Shown here one piece after another: positions 1-10,002 of a stretch of 20,000 bases of DNA (positions are counted from its first letter, which is position 1; every line of letters starts with the position of its first letter). The position numbers and the translations under genes were made by a program. The stretch is from the IMG/VR virus record IMGVR_UViG_3300025168_000060; one strand, given 5' to 3'. The DNA is from an uncultured virus (IMG/VR IMGVR_UViG_3300025168_000060) (Duplodnaviria > Heunggongvirae > Uroviricota > Caudoviricetes). Under the pieces are notes generated by a model, which saw nothing but the letters and a program-made list of their open reading frames with translations, was not told the DNA's origin and did no database searches.

Positions 1-1113
1 GCTGAATGTATGGCACCACAAATTGCCTTAGCGAATACAAACAAAATGGCAAAATCTTTTGATGGTTTTGATTATCACAAAGACGCTGCTTATCATTTTG
101 ACGCTTTACTCTTTGCAAAATATCTAAAAGAGAATTATTGTTTACCAAGAGGTGTAAAACATATAAAAGAACATATAAACACCGTAGAAACAAATGAACA
201 TGGTATTATATCATTGAACGATAAACATACTGCCGACCTATACTTAGATTGCACAGGCTTTAAATCTTTGTTAATGAAAGAAGTAAATAGTAAGTTTATT
301 CACATGAACCATATTTTACCAAATGATAGTGCATGGTCAACAAAATTAGAATATACAGATAAAGAAAAACAATTAGAACCATATACAAATTGTACCGCTA
401 TAGAAAACGGTTGGGTATGGAATATACCTCAATGGCAAAAGATTGGTACTGGTTATGTTTATTCAAGTAAGTATATTGATGATGACCAAGCGTTAGAAGA
501 CTTTCATAACTATTTGGGAAAACCAAAGAATGTAAATTATAAAAAAACAGGTATGAGAGTAGGTAGACATAAACATATGTGGAAAAAGAATGTATGCTCT
601 ATAGGACTGGCTGCAGGTTTTATTGAACCTTTAGAAAGTACAGGTCTCCTTCAAACACATGTATTTTTATTAAAACTTGTAAAGAATTTAGAACGAGGCA
701 AAGTATCACAGTTTGATAAAGATACACACAATTTAGAATGTAATGATATATTTGATAACTTTGTTGCCTTTGTGGCGATGCATTATTCTTTATCACATAG
801 AGACGATACACAATATTGGCGTGATGTAAGAGAAAGAAGTATTGCGGAGTTAGAACTAGTGCAAAAAGTAATGAAAGTAAAACACATTGACCATTATTTT
901 ACAATAGATGGTGGTATGCATTATATTGCCACAGGTATGAATTATGATCCTATCTCTATGACAGATATATTAACAAAACAATATGAACTAGACACAGATA
1001 TAATAGATGAAAAATATGTGGCAACATTTGATACAAATAAGAATAGATGGAAAAATAATGCCAAAAAAGAACTTACATTATATAAATTTTTAAAGGAGAA
1101 TATACATGGGTAA
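1..1113 (+). CDS. Tryptophan halogenase-like flavin-dependent enzyme (PrnA/RebH family), 5'-truncated by the window edge
   Basis: Frame is open from base 1. Motifs AYHFDA, DLYLDCTGF, the WxWxIP motif (GWVWNIP) and IGLAAGFIEPLESTG are present. The N-terminal GxGxxG is not in the window. Confidence 0.88.
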   Translation, partial: AECMAPQIALANTNKMAKSFDGFDYHKDAAYHFDALLFAKYLKENYCLPRGVKHIKEHINTVETNEHGIISLNDKHTADLYLDCTGFKSLLMKEVNSKFIHMNHILPNDSAWSTKLEYTDKEKQLEPYTNCTAIENGWVWNIPQWQKIGTGYVYSSKYIDDDQALEDFHNYLGKPKNVNYKKTGMRVGRHKHMWKKNVCSIGLAAGFIEPLESTGLLQTHVFLLKLVKNLERGKVSQFDKDTHNLECNDIFDNFVAFVAMHYSLSHRDDTQYWRDVRERSIAELELVQKVMKVKHIDHYFTIDGGMHYIATGMNYDPISMTDILTKQYELDTDIIDEKYVATFDTNKNRWKNNAKKELTLYKFLKENIHG

Positions 1114-2152
1114 AATTGCCTTGATTAACGACACCCATTTAGGTTGTAGAAATGATAATCCTAATTACCATGAGTATATCTACAAGTTTTGGGAAGAACA
1201 GTTTTTTCCTTATATAGAACAAAACAATATAGATACAATCATACATTTAGGTGACGTGTTAGATAGACGTAAGTATGTGAATTTTAAAACACTACAAGAT
1301 TTCAATGAAAGAATAGTCAAAAGATTAAACGCCTATAATGTACATATCATTGTAGGTAACCATGACACCTATTATAAGAACACAAACAATGTCAATGCAC
1401 CACAAGAATTGTTAAGTCAATACCATGTGTATAGTCAACCAACAAAGGTGACAATAGATGATATGAACATGTTAATGATACCTTGGGTAACACCTGAGAA
1501 CTATGATAAAACAAAGATGATGTTAGAACAAGAAAGTGCTGACATGGTACTAGGTCATTTAGAAATCAAAGGTTTTGAAATGCACAATGGTCATGTGAGT
1601 GATACAGGTTTAGAACAATCATTATTCAGTAGATATGAAAAAGTATTATCTGGTCACTTTCACAAAAAGAGTGACAACGGCCATATATACTATTTGGGTA
1701 GTCAATATGAAATGACTTGGTCAGATTATAATTGTCCTAAAAACTTTCATGTACTGGACACAGAAACAAGAGAAATAGAAGCCATTCGTAACCCTTTGAC
1801 TATTCATTCTAAAATATATTACAATGATGAAACAACAGACTATGCAAATTTTGATTATGATACATGCAACCATAAATATATTAAACTCATTGTAGAAAAG
1901 AAAACAGATTACTTTATGTTTGATAAGTTTGTTGATAACATATATCAAAACGCCAAACCTTATGACTTAAAGATAATAGAAGACTATTCAGACTTAGACG
2001 CTACGAGTGTGGCAGACGATATAGTGGAACAAAGTGAAGATACCCCTACTTTACTGGACACCTATATAGAACAAACAGATACTACCTTAGATAAAGGTAG
2101 ATTAAAAAACTTGATGAAAAGTTTATACACGGAGGCATTTGATTATGAGTAA
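1106..2152 (+). CDS. 47: T4-like gp47 recombination endonuclease subunit (Mre11/SbcD-like metallophosphoesterase)
   Basis: Motifs DTHLG, HLGDVLDRRK, IVGNHD, GHLE and SGHFH. SD AAGGAG upstream. Lies upstream of gp46. Confidence 0.95.
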   Translation: MGKIALINDTHLGCRNDNPNYHEYIYKFWEEQFFPYIEQNNIDTIIHLGDVLDRRKYVNFKTLQDFNERIVKRLNAYNVHIIVGNHDTYYKNTNNVNAPQELLSQYHVYSQPTKVTIDDMNMLMIPWVTPENYDKTKMMLEQESADMVLGHLEIKGFEMHNGHVSDTGLEQSLFSRYEKVLSGHFHKKSDNGHIYYLGSQYEMTWSDYNCPKNFHVLDTETREIEAIRNPLTIHSKIYYNDETTDYANFDYDTCNHKYIKLIVEKKTDYFMFDKFVDNIYQNAKPYDLKIIEDYSDLDATSVADDIVEQSEDTPTLLDTYIEQTDTTLDKGRLKNLMKSLYTEAFDYE

Positions 2153-2834
2153 TGATTACCCAGACCACTTGTATTATAACAATACATACTTTTTTGGTCC
2201 TTATTTACATCATGGTAGAGTTGACCCTAAATTTATTAAAGACTTATTAGCCATAGGTGAGAAATCACAGGATATGGTTGATATGAAAAAGAACTTAGCA
2301 GGTGATTTAAAAGGTGAGTGGAAGTTTAGTGAAGAAGACCAAAGATGGTTTTGTAAACACATGAGATTAAACTTTGAACATTATGTGAAACAACGTGCCA
2401 GTTGGCATGCTGATTCAGAATTAGAAAAAAGAGGATATATTATAGATAACGTATGGATTAATTATCAACATCCAGGTGATTATCAACCAGAGCATATACA
2501 TGCAGGTGATTTTAGTTGGGTTATTTATTTACAGAATCCACCAGGACTAGAAGAAGAAAGAGATAACCACGATACACGAGGTCCTGCACCAGGTACAATT
2601 ACCTTCTCTTATGGTGAGGGTGTTGGTATGTCAATTGAAAACTATGCTGTCATCAATCAAAACTTTGCCAATAAAGTAGGTGACTTCTTTATATTTCCGG
2701 CACAATTAAGGCATTCTGTACCACAATTTAAGAGTGAGGGTGTGAGAATATCTATAAGTGGGAATGGTAGTTTCCAAGAAAAACATAGTCCATATAATGA
2801 TTACTTTTATGGAGAACAAAGAATAAACAATTAA
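2145..2834 (+). CDS. Putative 2OG-Fe(II) oxygenase (TIGR02466-like)
   Basis: VWINYQ..YQPEHIH..FSWVIYL..FFIFPAQLRHSV..RISISGN. SD GGAGG at 2131-2135 favours the ATG at 2145. Confidence 0.8.
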   Translation: MSNDYPDHLYYNNTYFFGPYLHHGRVDPKFIKDLLAIGEKSQDMVDMKKNLAGDLKGEWKFSEEDQRWFCKHMRLNFEHYVKQRASWHADSELEKRGYIIDNVWINYQHPGDYQPEHIHAGDFSWVIYLQNPPGLEEERDNHDTRGPAPGTITFSYGEGVGMSIENYAVINQNFANKVGDFFIFPAQLRHSVPQFKSEGVRISISGNGSFQEKHSPYNDYFYGEQRINN

Positions 2835-4546
2835 TGATAATATTTGAAACGATAAGGTGGAAGAACTTTCTTTCCACTGGCAATACCGGTATAGAAGTAA
2901 AACTAAACGAACACCAAGATACACTTATTGTAGGTCACAATGGTGCAGGTAAATCAACAATACTTGACGCCTTGTGTTTTGGTCTTTTTAATAAACCTTT
3001 TAGAGATATTAAGAAAGAACAAATGGTCAATAGTGTTAATCTAGGTGGCACAGAAATAGAAATAGAGTTTAGTATCTCTAATAATAAGTACAGAATTAAA
3101 CGTGGCATTAAACCTAATGTGTTTGAAATACACCTGAATGGTGAACTTGTCAATCAGGATGCCTCTATTGCTGACCAACAAAAATACTTAGAACAACAAA
3201 TATTGAAATTTAATTACCGTAGTTTTACACAGGTTGTTATACTAGGCAGTAGTGCATTTGTACCTTTTATGGAATTAAAATCACCACATAGACGAGAAGT
3301 TGTGGAAGATATACTTGATATAAAGATATTTTCTGTAATGAATATGTTAGTAAAGATACAAATAAAAGAAATACAAGACCAGTTACGAGATATTGATAGA
3401 GAGATTGATATTACCAAAAACAAAGTAGAGACACAGGAAAGATATATTGAACAAACAGGTAAGCAAACACAATCTACAATAGATGATTACAATAAGAAGA
3501 TACAAGAAAACAAAGACGCATTAAACAAATACAATGACCATAAAGCAGAGTTAGAAAAAGTATTAAACAAAGAAAAAGAAAAGATACTAGATGAGAATAA
3601 GGTACGAGAACAAGTAAAGAGATTAAATGCCTTTGAAACACAGTTTGAAACAAAAGTCAATGAGTGTACTAAACATAAAAAGTTTTATGAAGCACATGAT
3701 AATTGTCCTACATGTCAACAGACTATAGACCCACAGTTTAAATCAGAAAAGATATCTAAAGAAAACAACCAGATGTTAAAGTTTAATCAGGCATTAGAAG
3801 ATGTTGCCAAAGAAATATCTAGTAAACAACGAAGACTACAAGCCATTGCAAGTGTCTATGAGAATATGAAAGTAACAGAAATAGATATTGCGAAGTTTGA
3901 ACAATCTAGTAACGAACTACAAAACATTAATCGTAAATTAGAAAGTCAAGTAAATACTCTTATGCAACAAAGTGAAGAAACAGGTAATGCAAAAGGTAAA
4001 CTAGAGTCCTTACAAGAAATGATGGCACACCACGAGAGTGAACAGTTACGAAAAAAAGAAGAACTAGATTATCTACAGGCTGCCAGAGTAATGTTGGCAG
4101 ATACAGGTATCAAAACAAAAGTTATCAAACAATATCTGCCTATAATGAACCAGTTGATAAACAAATATTTGGCGTCTATGGACTTCTTTGTTAATTTTAA
4201 ATTAGATGATGAGTTTAGAGAGATTATAAGAAGTAGATTCCGTGATGACTTTAGTTATAGTAGTTTTAGTGAAGGTGAAAAGATGAGAATAAATCTGGCA
4301 CTATTGTTTACATGGCGTGCCATTGCTAAGATGAAGAACAGTATATCTACCAATCTATTAATGTTAGATGAAATATTTGACAGTAGTTTAGATGGTCAAG
4401 GTACAGATGACTTTCTAAAGATACTGAATACACTAGAAGGTGAGAATGTGTTTATCATATCACATAAGACAGACCTGATGGCAGATAAGTTTAAAAACAT
4501 AATGAGGTTTGAGAAGTACAAAAACTTTACAAGGATTGTTGAGTGA
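2834..4546 (+). CDS. 46: T4-like gp46 recombination endonuclease ATPase subunit (Rad50/SbcC-like)
   Basis: Walker A GHNGAGKST, coiled coil with zinc-hook CPTC, signature FSEGE, Walker B LLMLDEIFD, H-loop ISH. Confidence 0.96.
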   Translation: MIIFETIRWKNFLSTGNTGIEVKLNEHQDTLIVGHNGAGKSTILDALCFGLFNKPFRDIKKEQMVNSVNLGGTEIEIEFSISNNKYRIKRGIKPNVFEIHLNGELVNQDASIADQQKYLEQQILKFNYRSFTQVVILGSSAFVPFMELKSPHRREVVEDILDIKIFSVMNMLVKIQIKEIQDQLRDIDREIDITKNKVETQERYIEQTGKQTQSTIDDYNKKIQENKDALNKYNDHKAELEKVLNKEKEKILDENKVREQVKRLNAFETQFETKVNECTKHKKFYEAHDNCPTCQQTIDPQFKSEKISKENNQMLKFNQALEDVAKEISSKQRRLQAIASVYENMKVTEIDIAKFEQSSNELQNINRKLESQVNTLMQQSEETGNAKGKLESLQEMMAHHESEQLRKKEELDYLQAARVMLADTGIKTKVIKQYLPIMNQLINKYLASMDFFVNFKLDDEFREIIRSRFRDDFSYSSFSEGEKMRINLALLFTWRAIAKMKNSISTNLLMLDEIFDSSLDGQGTDDFLKILNTLEGENVFIISHKTDLMADKFKNIMRFEKYKNFTRIVE

Positions 4547-5247
4547 AATATTTTCCAGTAGTTGTAGATAATTTCTTCCGTAATCCAGATTTGATAAGAA
4601 AACTGGCATTGAGTTTAAACTATACACCTGATGATAAAGGTAGATGGCCTGGTCAGCGAAGCGAACAGTTACATACAATAGACTATGAATTGTTTATGAG
4701 TATTATGTTAAAGATTATGTCTATCTATACAGACTTTGCTTATTCAAACGTTACATGGGAAAATGCTAGTCTTTACTTTCACAAAATAAAAGATACAGGT
4801 GATAAAGAACTGAATAAAGGTTGGATTCATATTGACCAAGACTTTGAATTAGCAGGACTATGTTATTTGAATCCTGGTGTAAATGATATAAACACAGGCA
4901 CCTCACTTCACTCAATAGAAGACCACCACAAGTACGAAAGACATTATTATAAACATTTGTATTATCGAGGCGACAATGTGGATATAAATGATTATAAGAA
5001 AGAACTGAAAGAACACAATGACAAATATACAGAAACAATGAGAATATCTAACGTGTATAATAGAATGATTACCTATGATACAAAAGAACATCATTGTTTA
5101 AATGGCATATCAGAGAATGAAGAAAGATTAACTATGTTATTGTTTATGAGTGATATATCACCAGAAGGTAAGTTTCCTGTTTCCAGAATACAAGATGACA
5201 AACAGTATGATAACTTTATTGAAGAAAGGATAAATTTTTTATTATGA
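4543..5247 (+). CDS. Putative 2OG-Fe(II) oxygenase (DUF6445-like)
   Basis: VVDNFF..PD, WPGxRS, WIHxD, AGLCYLNP, GTSL, NVYNRMITYD..H, giving an HxD...H triad. GTG start overlaps the gp46 stop (GTGA). Confidence 0.72.
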   Translation: MKYFPVVVDNFFRNPDLIRKLALSLNYTPDDKGRWPGQRSEQLHTIDYELFMSIMLKIMSIYTDFAYSNVTWENASLYFHKIKDTGDKELNKGWIHIDQDFELAGLCYLNPGVNDINTGTSLHSIEDHHKYERHYYKHLYYRGDNVDINDYKKELKEHNDKYTETMRISNVYNRMITYDTKEHHCLNGISENEERLTMLLFMSDISPEGKFPVSRIQDDKQYDNFIEERINFLL

Positions 5248-6254
5248 AGATAACAATTGCCAGATTACGAAGTGGTACAAATTATAAAGAACCACTACAC
5301 GATATTATGGATAGTTTCTATGACCTATACAGACGATACATGGAAGAAAATACACAACACACTTATGGTGTTTATAACTTTGGATGGGGTCATGCAAACA
5401 GAAAAAAGTTAGATGATATACCAGATAGTGACGTTATTATTATACCAAGTGAGAATGAATTTACACAACACATTAAAAACTTTGTTGACCCAAGGCACAA
5501 AGCAAGAAGTGATGAAATGGTCAAACAAATAGGTGAACACCTATCAAATAAACATGTAATGATATGGCGTAGTGATAGAGCAGATAATGAAGAACTGTAT
5601 CGTAACAAAACATTTAAAGACCAACCCATTGGCAAGTTTAGTACATTAGACGAAATGGATATACCTGGTGGACTACATGGCATGAAGTATCATTTTATTA
5701 CAGAAAACTATCCGGCAAAACTAGATGAAACACGAGACATAGATTTTGTCTATTGGGGTACAGATAAACGTAAGACAACAGAAAATGTTGATAGTGGTGA
5801 TCCTAGGCACAAAGTATTTAAACAGATATACAAAGAAAAGAAGTTGTCCTCATACTGGATTGGTAAATTTAGTAATATAGAAAGAAATATGAAGATAAAC
5901 CGTATGGTGCATATATTACCATATCTAACAAGTGGTAAAGGTACATTGTGTTTTAACTGGATGAGTGAGACAGCCACAACAAGTAGATACCATGAGGCAT
6001 TGGCCTGTGGGTTGATACCATTTGTATGGCATAACTATGATGTAAACAATACAATAGTCGCTGACCCATGGCAGAGAGTATCAAGTGTAGAAGAACTCTA
6101 TGAAAAGTATGAAGAATTAAATGGAGCCAAAGGTGATTTATGGGGTCAAAAACTGATGGACATAGAAGAAGAATATAAAAAGAATGTCCTGAAATCAAAA
6201 GATGAGTATTATCAACTATTTAAGACAAGGCTTGACAAATTGTTAGAATTATGA
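5244..6254 (+). CDS. GT-B glycosyltransferase resembling T4 DNA beta-glucosyltransferase
   Basis: MKITI start, DIDFVYWGT, and TSRYHEALACGLIPFVWHNYD...VSSVEELYEKYEEL. These parallel recalled T4 BGT segments (MKIAI, LDVIYGGS, TLRVWETMASDAV...VNNRAELIDRVNEL). Length is similar. Confidence 0.65.
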   Translation: MKITIARLRSGTNYKEPLHDIMDSFYDLYRRYMEENTQHTYGVYNFGWGHANRKKLDDIPDSDVIIIPSENEFTQHIKNFVDPRHKARSDEMVKQIGEHLSNKHVMIWRSDRADNEELYRNKTFKDQPIGKFSTLDEMDIPGGLHGMKYHFITENYPAKLDETRDIDFVYWGTDKRKTTENVDSGDPRHKVFKQIYKEKKLSSYWIGKFSNIERNMKINRMVHILPYLTSGKGTLCFNWMSETATTSRYHEALACGLIPFVWHNYDVNNTIVADPWQRVSSVEELYEKYEELNGAKGDLWGQKLMDIEEEYKKNVLKSKDEYYQLFKTRLDKLLEL

Positions 6255-6260
6255 TAGGAT
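6232..6260 (+). promoter_or_regulatory. Sigma70-type promoter inside the 3' end of the glycosyltransferase CDS
   Basis: TTGACA(6232)-17 nt-TAGGAT(6255) with an extended -10 TG. Confidence 0.8.
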
Positions 6261-6273
6261 ATAGAATTATATT

Positions 6274-7530
6274 ATGGAAAAGAAAATAGATCCGCTACTA
6301 GAAGAGCAATGGGAGGTTTTTCAAAAAGAAAACCCAAGTGCGACATATCGTCACGTTGATGAGAATGAACTGGTAGATAGACTAACAAAAGAATTAACTT
6401 ATGCTTCTAATATGTCAGTAGAAGAATACACACTATATCAAAAATGGTGTGAAGTAAAAAACAAATATCCTGCACAAAAAGTAAATACTTTATTTGGTGA
6501 AGAAAGTCAATTAGTTGACCAGTCAAAAGATAAGTTATTAGTACATGTGAAAAACAATATATGGTCACCTAAAGACCCTATGGACTTTGAAAAGTTAGAA
6601 CCAGAGTTAATCTATACAAAAGACATACCCAATGGGTCACAATTGTGGAATGCAATTCGTACATTTGCTTCTACAATGAAAAACAATAACAACATAGGTC
6701 GTAACCTTAACTTTATTGTAAGAGATAAACCAACAAAGAAATACTTAGGTGTTATTTGTATCTCATCAGACTTTTTAGATTTAACACCAAGAGACAATTA
6801 CATAGGTTGGGATAGAGAACGTAAAACGAAGAAGATGATTAATCATACGGCAATAGGTAGTACGATTGTGCCACTACAACCACTAGGGTTTAATTATACA
6901 GGTGGTAAGTTATTGGCGTTATTATGTTTATCTGATAAAGTACAAGAAATATGGAAAAGAGAATATGGTGACACGATGGTAGGTGTAACAACAACAAGTC
7001 TATATGGTAGTTTTAGTCAGTATCAAAATCTTAAATACTGGAAGAAAAGAGGTCATAGTTCAGGTAGTGTATCTTATGAAGCAACAAAACCTACAATTTC
7101 TATGATACGAGATTGGTTAAAAGAAAATCATACAAGAAAATACTTTGAATGGTATGGTGCAACAAAACCTACAGGCCAGCCTTATAAGAGAGACCACAGA
7201 AATAGGTCACATACATTTGCCTACAGTAAGTTAGGCATACCAAGAGAGATTACAAAGTCTGCTCATAGTCGTGGTATCTATTTTAGTACACTATATGATA
7301 ACACTTGCGAATTTTTAAAAGAAGAAATAACGGAAGATAAGTTAAAAAAATCATTTGATAGTAGTATTGAAGGACTTGTAAATGTATGGAAAAACAAGTA
7401 TGCTAGTAAGCGTATTAAATCATTGATTAACCAGTCTAGGACGAACATGGAGACACTTTATTATGATGACTTGATACATCTAACTTGGGAAGAAACAAAG
7501 AATAAGTATCTAAAACAGGTAGGAAGATGA
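6274..7530 (+). CDS. DUF4338 / Druantia DruA-like protein (predicted GNAT-like fold), paralog 1
   Basis: GRNLNFIVRD..YLGVICISS..PRDNYIGW..IVPLQPLGFNYTGGKLLALL..TTTSLYG..SQY. Confidence 0.7.
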   Translation: MEKKIDPLLEEQWEVFQKENPSATYRHVDENELVDRLTKELTYASNMSVEEYTLYQKWCEVKNKYPAQKVNTLFGEESQLVDQSKDKLLVHVKNNIWSPKDPMDFEKLEPELIYTKDIPNGSQLWNAIRTFASTMKNNNNIGRNLNFIVRDKPTKKYLGVICISSDFLDLTPRDNYIGWDRERKTKKMINHTAIGSTIVPLQPLGFNYTGGKLLALLCLSDKVQEIWKREYGDTMVGVTTTSLYGSFSQYQNLKYWKKRGHSSGSVSYEATKPTISMIRDWLKENHTRKYFEWYGATKPTGQPYKRDHRNRSHTFAYSKLGIPREITKSAHSRGIYFSTLYDNTCEFLKEEITEDKLKKSFDSSIEGLVNVWKNKYASKRIKSLINQSRTNMETLYYDDLIHLTWEETKNKYLKQVGR

Positions 7531-7545
7531 GAACATTTAGCGAAC
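7531..7545. promoter_or_regulatory. Alphaproteobacterial-type LexA (SOS) box
   Basis: GAAC-ATTTAGC-GAAC is an exact GAAC-N7-GAAC direct repeat in an intergenic region upstream of a promoter. Confidence 0.55.
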
Positions 7546-7580
7546 ACCACATCTGTTGCAAAAATACAACAGTACAAAAA

Positions 7581-7667
7581 TGATAAGTCATTGAAAAACA
7601 ACGATTTTAATTTATATTATTTTGTTGACATTTGAACCAAAATGGTATAGGATATAGAAATAATTAA
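7581..7667 (+). repeat. Promoter-region repeat, copy 1 (paired with 10003-10089)
   Basis: Ungapped similarity TGATAAnnnATTGAAAAAnAA...TTTTAA...TATTATTT..TTGAC...TAGGATATAGAnATAATTAA, shared with the cobS upstream region. Confidence 0.8.
7625..7653 (+). promoter_or_regulatory. Sigma70-type promoter of the CobT-like gene
   Basis: TTGACA-17 nt-TAGGAT with an AT-rich UP region. SD GAGG before ATG 7677. Confidence 0.8.
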
Positions 7668-7676
7668 CGAGGTATT

Positions 7677-9968
7677 ATGAAACAAATTAGTAAAGAACAA
7701 AAATCAAATTTAGCAAGATTACTTGCAACAGAAAATCTTAACATAGAACACAGAAAAGTTAAGACGGCTTATTTTATTCCTAAAACTAGAACTTTATGCC
7801 TTCCAATATGGGAAGATATGAGTAACGATTTATATGACCTTTTATGCGGACACGAAGTTGGTCACGCTTTATATACTCCACAAGATGAAACAGTTTTAAA
7901 AGAAGCAATGAAGAATATTCCTCATTCATACTTTAATGTTGTAGAAGACATTAGAATTGATATGAACATGAAGAAGAAATATCCTGGTTTAAGAAAATCT
8001 TATTTCAATGGTTATAAAGAATTAGTTGAAAGAGACTTCTTTGGTAATATCCAAGAAGACGCTAACTCTATGAGATTTATTGATAGACTTAATATCTTTA
8101 CTAAATCTGGTAACTTAGAACAAACAATTGAATTTAACGAACAAGAACAAGAATTTGTTAACAAGTCACAAAAACTTGTTACATTTGATGATGTTATACA
8201 ATTAGCAACAGAAATCTTTGAATACTCTAAAGAAGAAAACTACGATCCTGAAAATGACCCATTACAACAAGTAGAAGCACAAAATGAAAATGGCGAAGAA
8301 GGTGAAGAAGAAACACAATCAGAGGAAAGTGAAAGTAATGGCGAAGAAGAAAACCAACAAGATAATGATGAAGGCGATACTACCACATCTACAAATGATA
8401 AACCTGCGACCAACGAAGAAGCAGAAACACAATCAAAACCGTCAACAGGTGAAAAAGGTAGTCACAACCCAGATATAAATGCTGGTGTAACAAAACCTAC
8501 TAATGTGGCACAAACAGATGTTGCCTTTGAAGAAAACAAATCTACTCTATCTAATACTGATGAAAAAACAAAAGATAATTTATATGTTACATTACCAAGT
8601 ATTAAATCTAGTGTGATTGTTGATTACAAAGAAGTATCAAACAAAATGAGTGAGTATCTTTCTACCACATATACAGATAAGTCATACAATTATAATATTA
8701 AAGATATTGCTAAAAGAAATACAAGATTTGCTGAGTTCAAAAGAAAACAAATGAAAACTGTACATTATATGGCAAAAGAATTTGAAATGAAGAAAGCGGC
8801 AGATAACTATAATAAAACACAACAAGCAGTATCTGGTTCTTTAAATATGAACAAAATACATTCTTACAAATATAATGATGATATCTTTAAGAAGTTACAA
8901 GTAGAACCAGGTGCTAAAAATCATGGTATGATTATGTTTATTGATTGGTCTGGTAGTATGAGTGATAACTTAGAGGATACTATTAATCAAACATTAAACT
9001 TAGTTATGTTTTGTAAGGCAGTACAAATACCTTTTGAAGTATATGCCTTCTCAGATATCAATTCTAAATATTTTGAACCCAATAGTGAAATGAATGATTA
9101 CTGGAGAAGTGATAGAAAGTCAATTCAAATTGCACCATTCAATCACAAACCTGGTGACTTGTTTGTTGAAAATGTTACACTTATTAATTTTCTATCAAGT
9201 AGAATGAAACCAAGAGAATACAATGAAGGTATGCAAAACCTTTTTGGTATAGGTGAGTGTTATGGTAGTCATCATCGAGGTAGATATTATAGAAGTGCTT
9301 ATGAACCACAATCTGAGGAAGATTACAACGTGGTACAATCACCACAATGTATGAGACTTGGTGGTACGCCGTTAGACCCTTGTATCATTGCGGCTACAAC
9401 TATTGTAAAAGAATTTATTACAAAGAATAAAATACAGAAAATGAACACAATCTTTTTAACTGATGGTTGTGGTCACACATTACAAAATGTTGTATTGAAT
9501 GACGGTAGAGTATCTAACGAAAATAGTCACAAACACAATATTGTTATTAGAGATAATGAAACAAAAACAAATACTACTTATGATGGTTATGGTTTTAACT
9601 CAACACATAAACCTATGTTAGATTTGTTTAAAAGAAAAACTGGTAGTAAAGTTATTGGATTTTATATATCTGCTCGTAATAATGTATCCTATTATGACAT
9701 CAATAATTTTCTACCAGTTGAAGCAGGCAACGAAGGTGTTGAAGCAGTAAGACAAAAAATGAGAAAAGATAAAGTTGGTATCATTACTGGTAATGGTTAT
9801 GATGAATTGTTTATCTTACCTAAAAAGAACTTAAAAATTGTTGATGAAGAAGCGAATATAGACCCTTCTATGACACCAGCAAAAATGAAACAACAATTCC
9901 TTAAAACGCTGAAAACAAAGAAAACAAGCAGAGTTTTATTAAACAAATTCGTAGAAAGAGTAGCATAA
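7677..9968 (+). CDS. CobT-like protein: N-terminal HEXXH metallopeptidase-like domain, acidic linker, C-terminal VWA domain
   Basis: HEVGHALYT, NVVEDIRI, an E/N/Q-rich linker, MIDAS DWSGSM, GGTPL and FLTDG. Adjacent to a CobS-like ATPase. Confidence 0.85.
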   Translation: MKQISKEQKSNLARLLATENLNIEHRKVKTAYFIPKTRTLCLPIWEDMSNDLYDLLCGHEVGHALYTPQDETVLKEAMKNIPHSYFNVVEDIRIDMNMKKKYPGLRKSYFNGYKELVERDFFGNIQEDANSMRFIDRLNIFTKSGNLEQTIEFNEQEQEFVNKSQKLVTFDDVIQLATEIFEYSKEENYDPENDPLQQVEAQNENGEEGEEETQSEESESNGEEENQQDNDEGDTTTSTNDKPATNEEAETQSKPSTGEKGSHNPDINAGVTKPTNVAQTDVAFEENKSTLSNTDEKTKDNLYVTLPSIKSSVIVDYKEVSNKMSEYLSTTYTDKSYNYNIKDIAKRNTRFAEFKRKQMKTVHYMAKEFEMKKAADNYNKTQQAVSGSLNMNKIHSYKYNDDIFKKLQVEPGAKNHGMIMFIDWSGSMSDNLEDTINQTLNLVMFCKAVQIPFEVYAFSDINSKYFEPNSEMNDYWRSDRKSIQIAPFNHKPGDLFVENVTLINFLSSRMKPREYNEGMQNLFGIGECYGSHHRGRYYRSAYEPQSEEDYNVVQSPQCMRLGGTPLDPCIIAATTIVKEFITKNKIQKMNTIFLTDGCGHTLQNVVLNDGRVSNENSHKHNIVIRDNETKTNTTYDGYGFNSTHKPMLDLFKRKTGSKVIGFYISARNNVSYYDINNFLPVEAGNEGVEAVRQKMRKDKVGIITGNGYDELFILPKKNLKIVDEEANIDPSMTPAKMKQQFLKTLKTKKTSRVLLNKFVERVA

Positions 9969-10002
9969 TGAGTGGCTGCGACAAGTTGTCAAGTAAATTA
10001 AT

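Noticed and set aside
6274..7530. Complete Druantia defence system
   Set aside because: No DruE helicase or other Dru genes are in the window, and the context is a phage replication module.
8284..8478. Lys-rich 64-aa alternative-frame ORF
   Set aside because: It is a frame-shifted reading of the GAA-rich acidic linker of the CobT-like gene.
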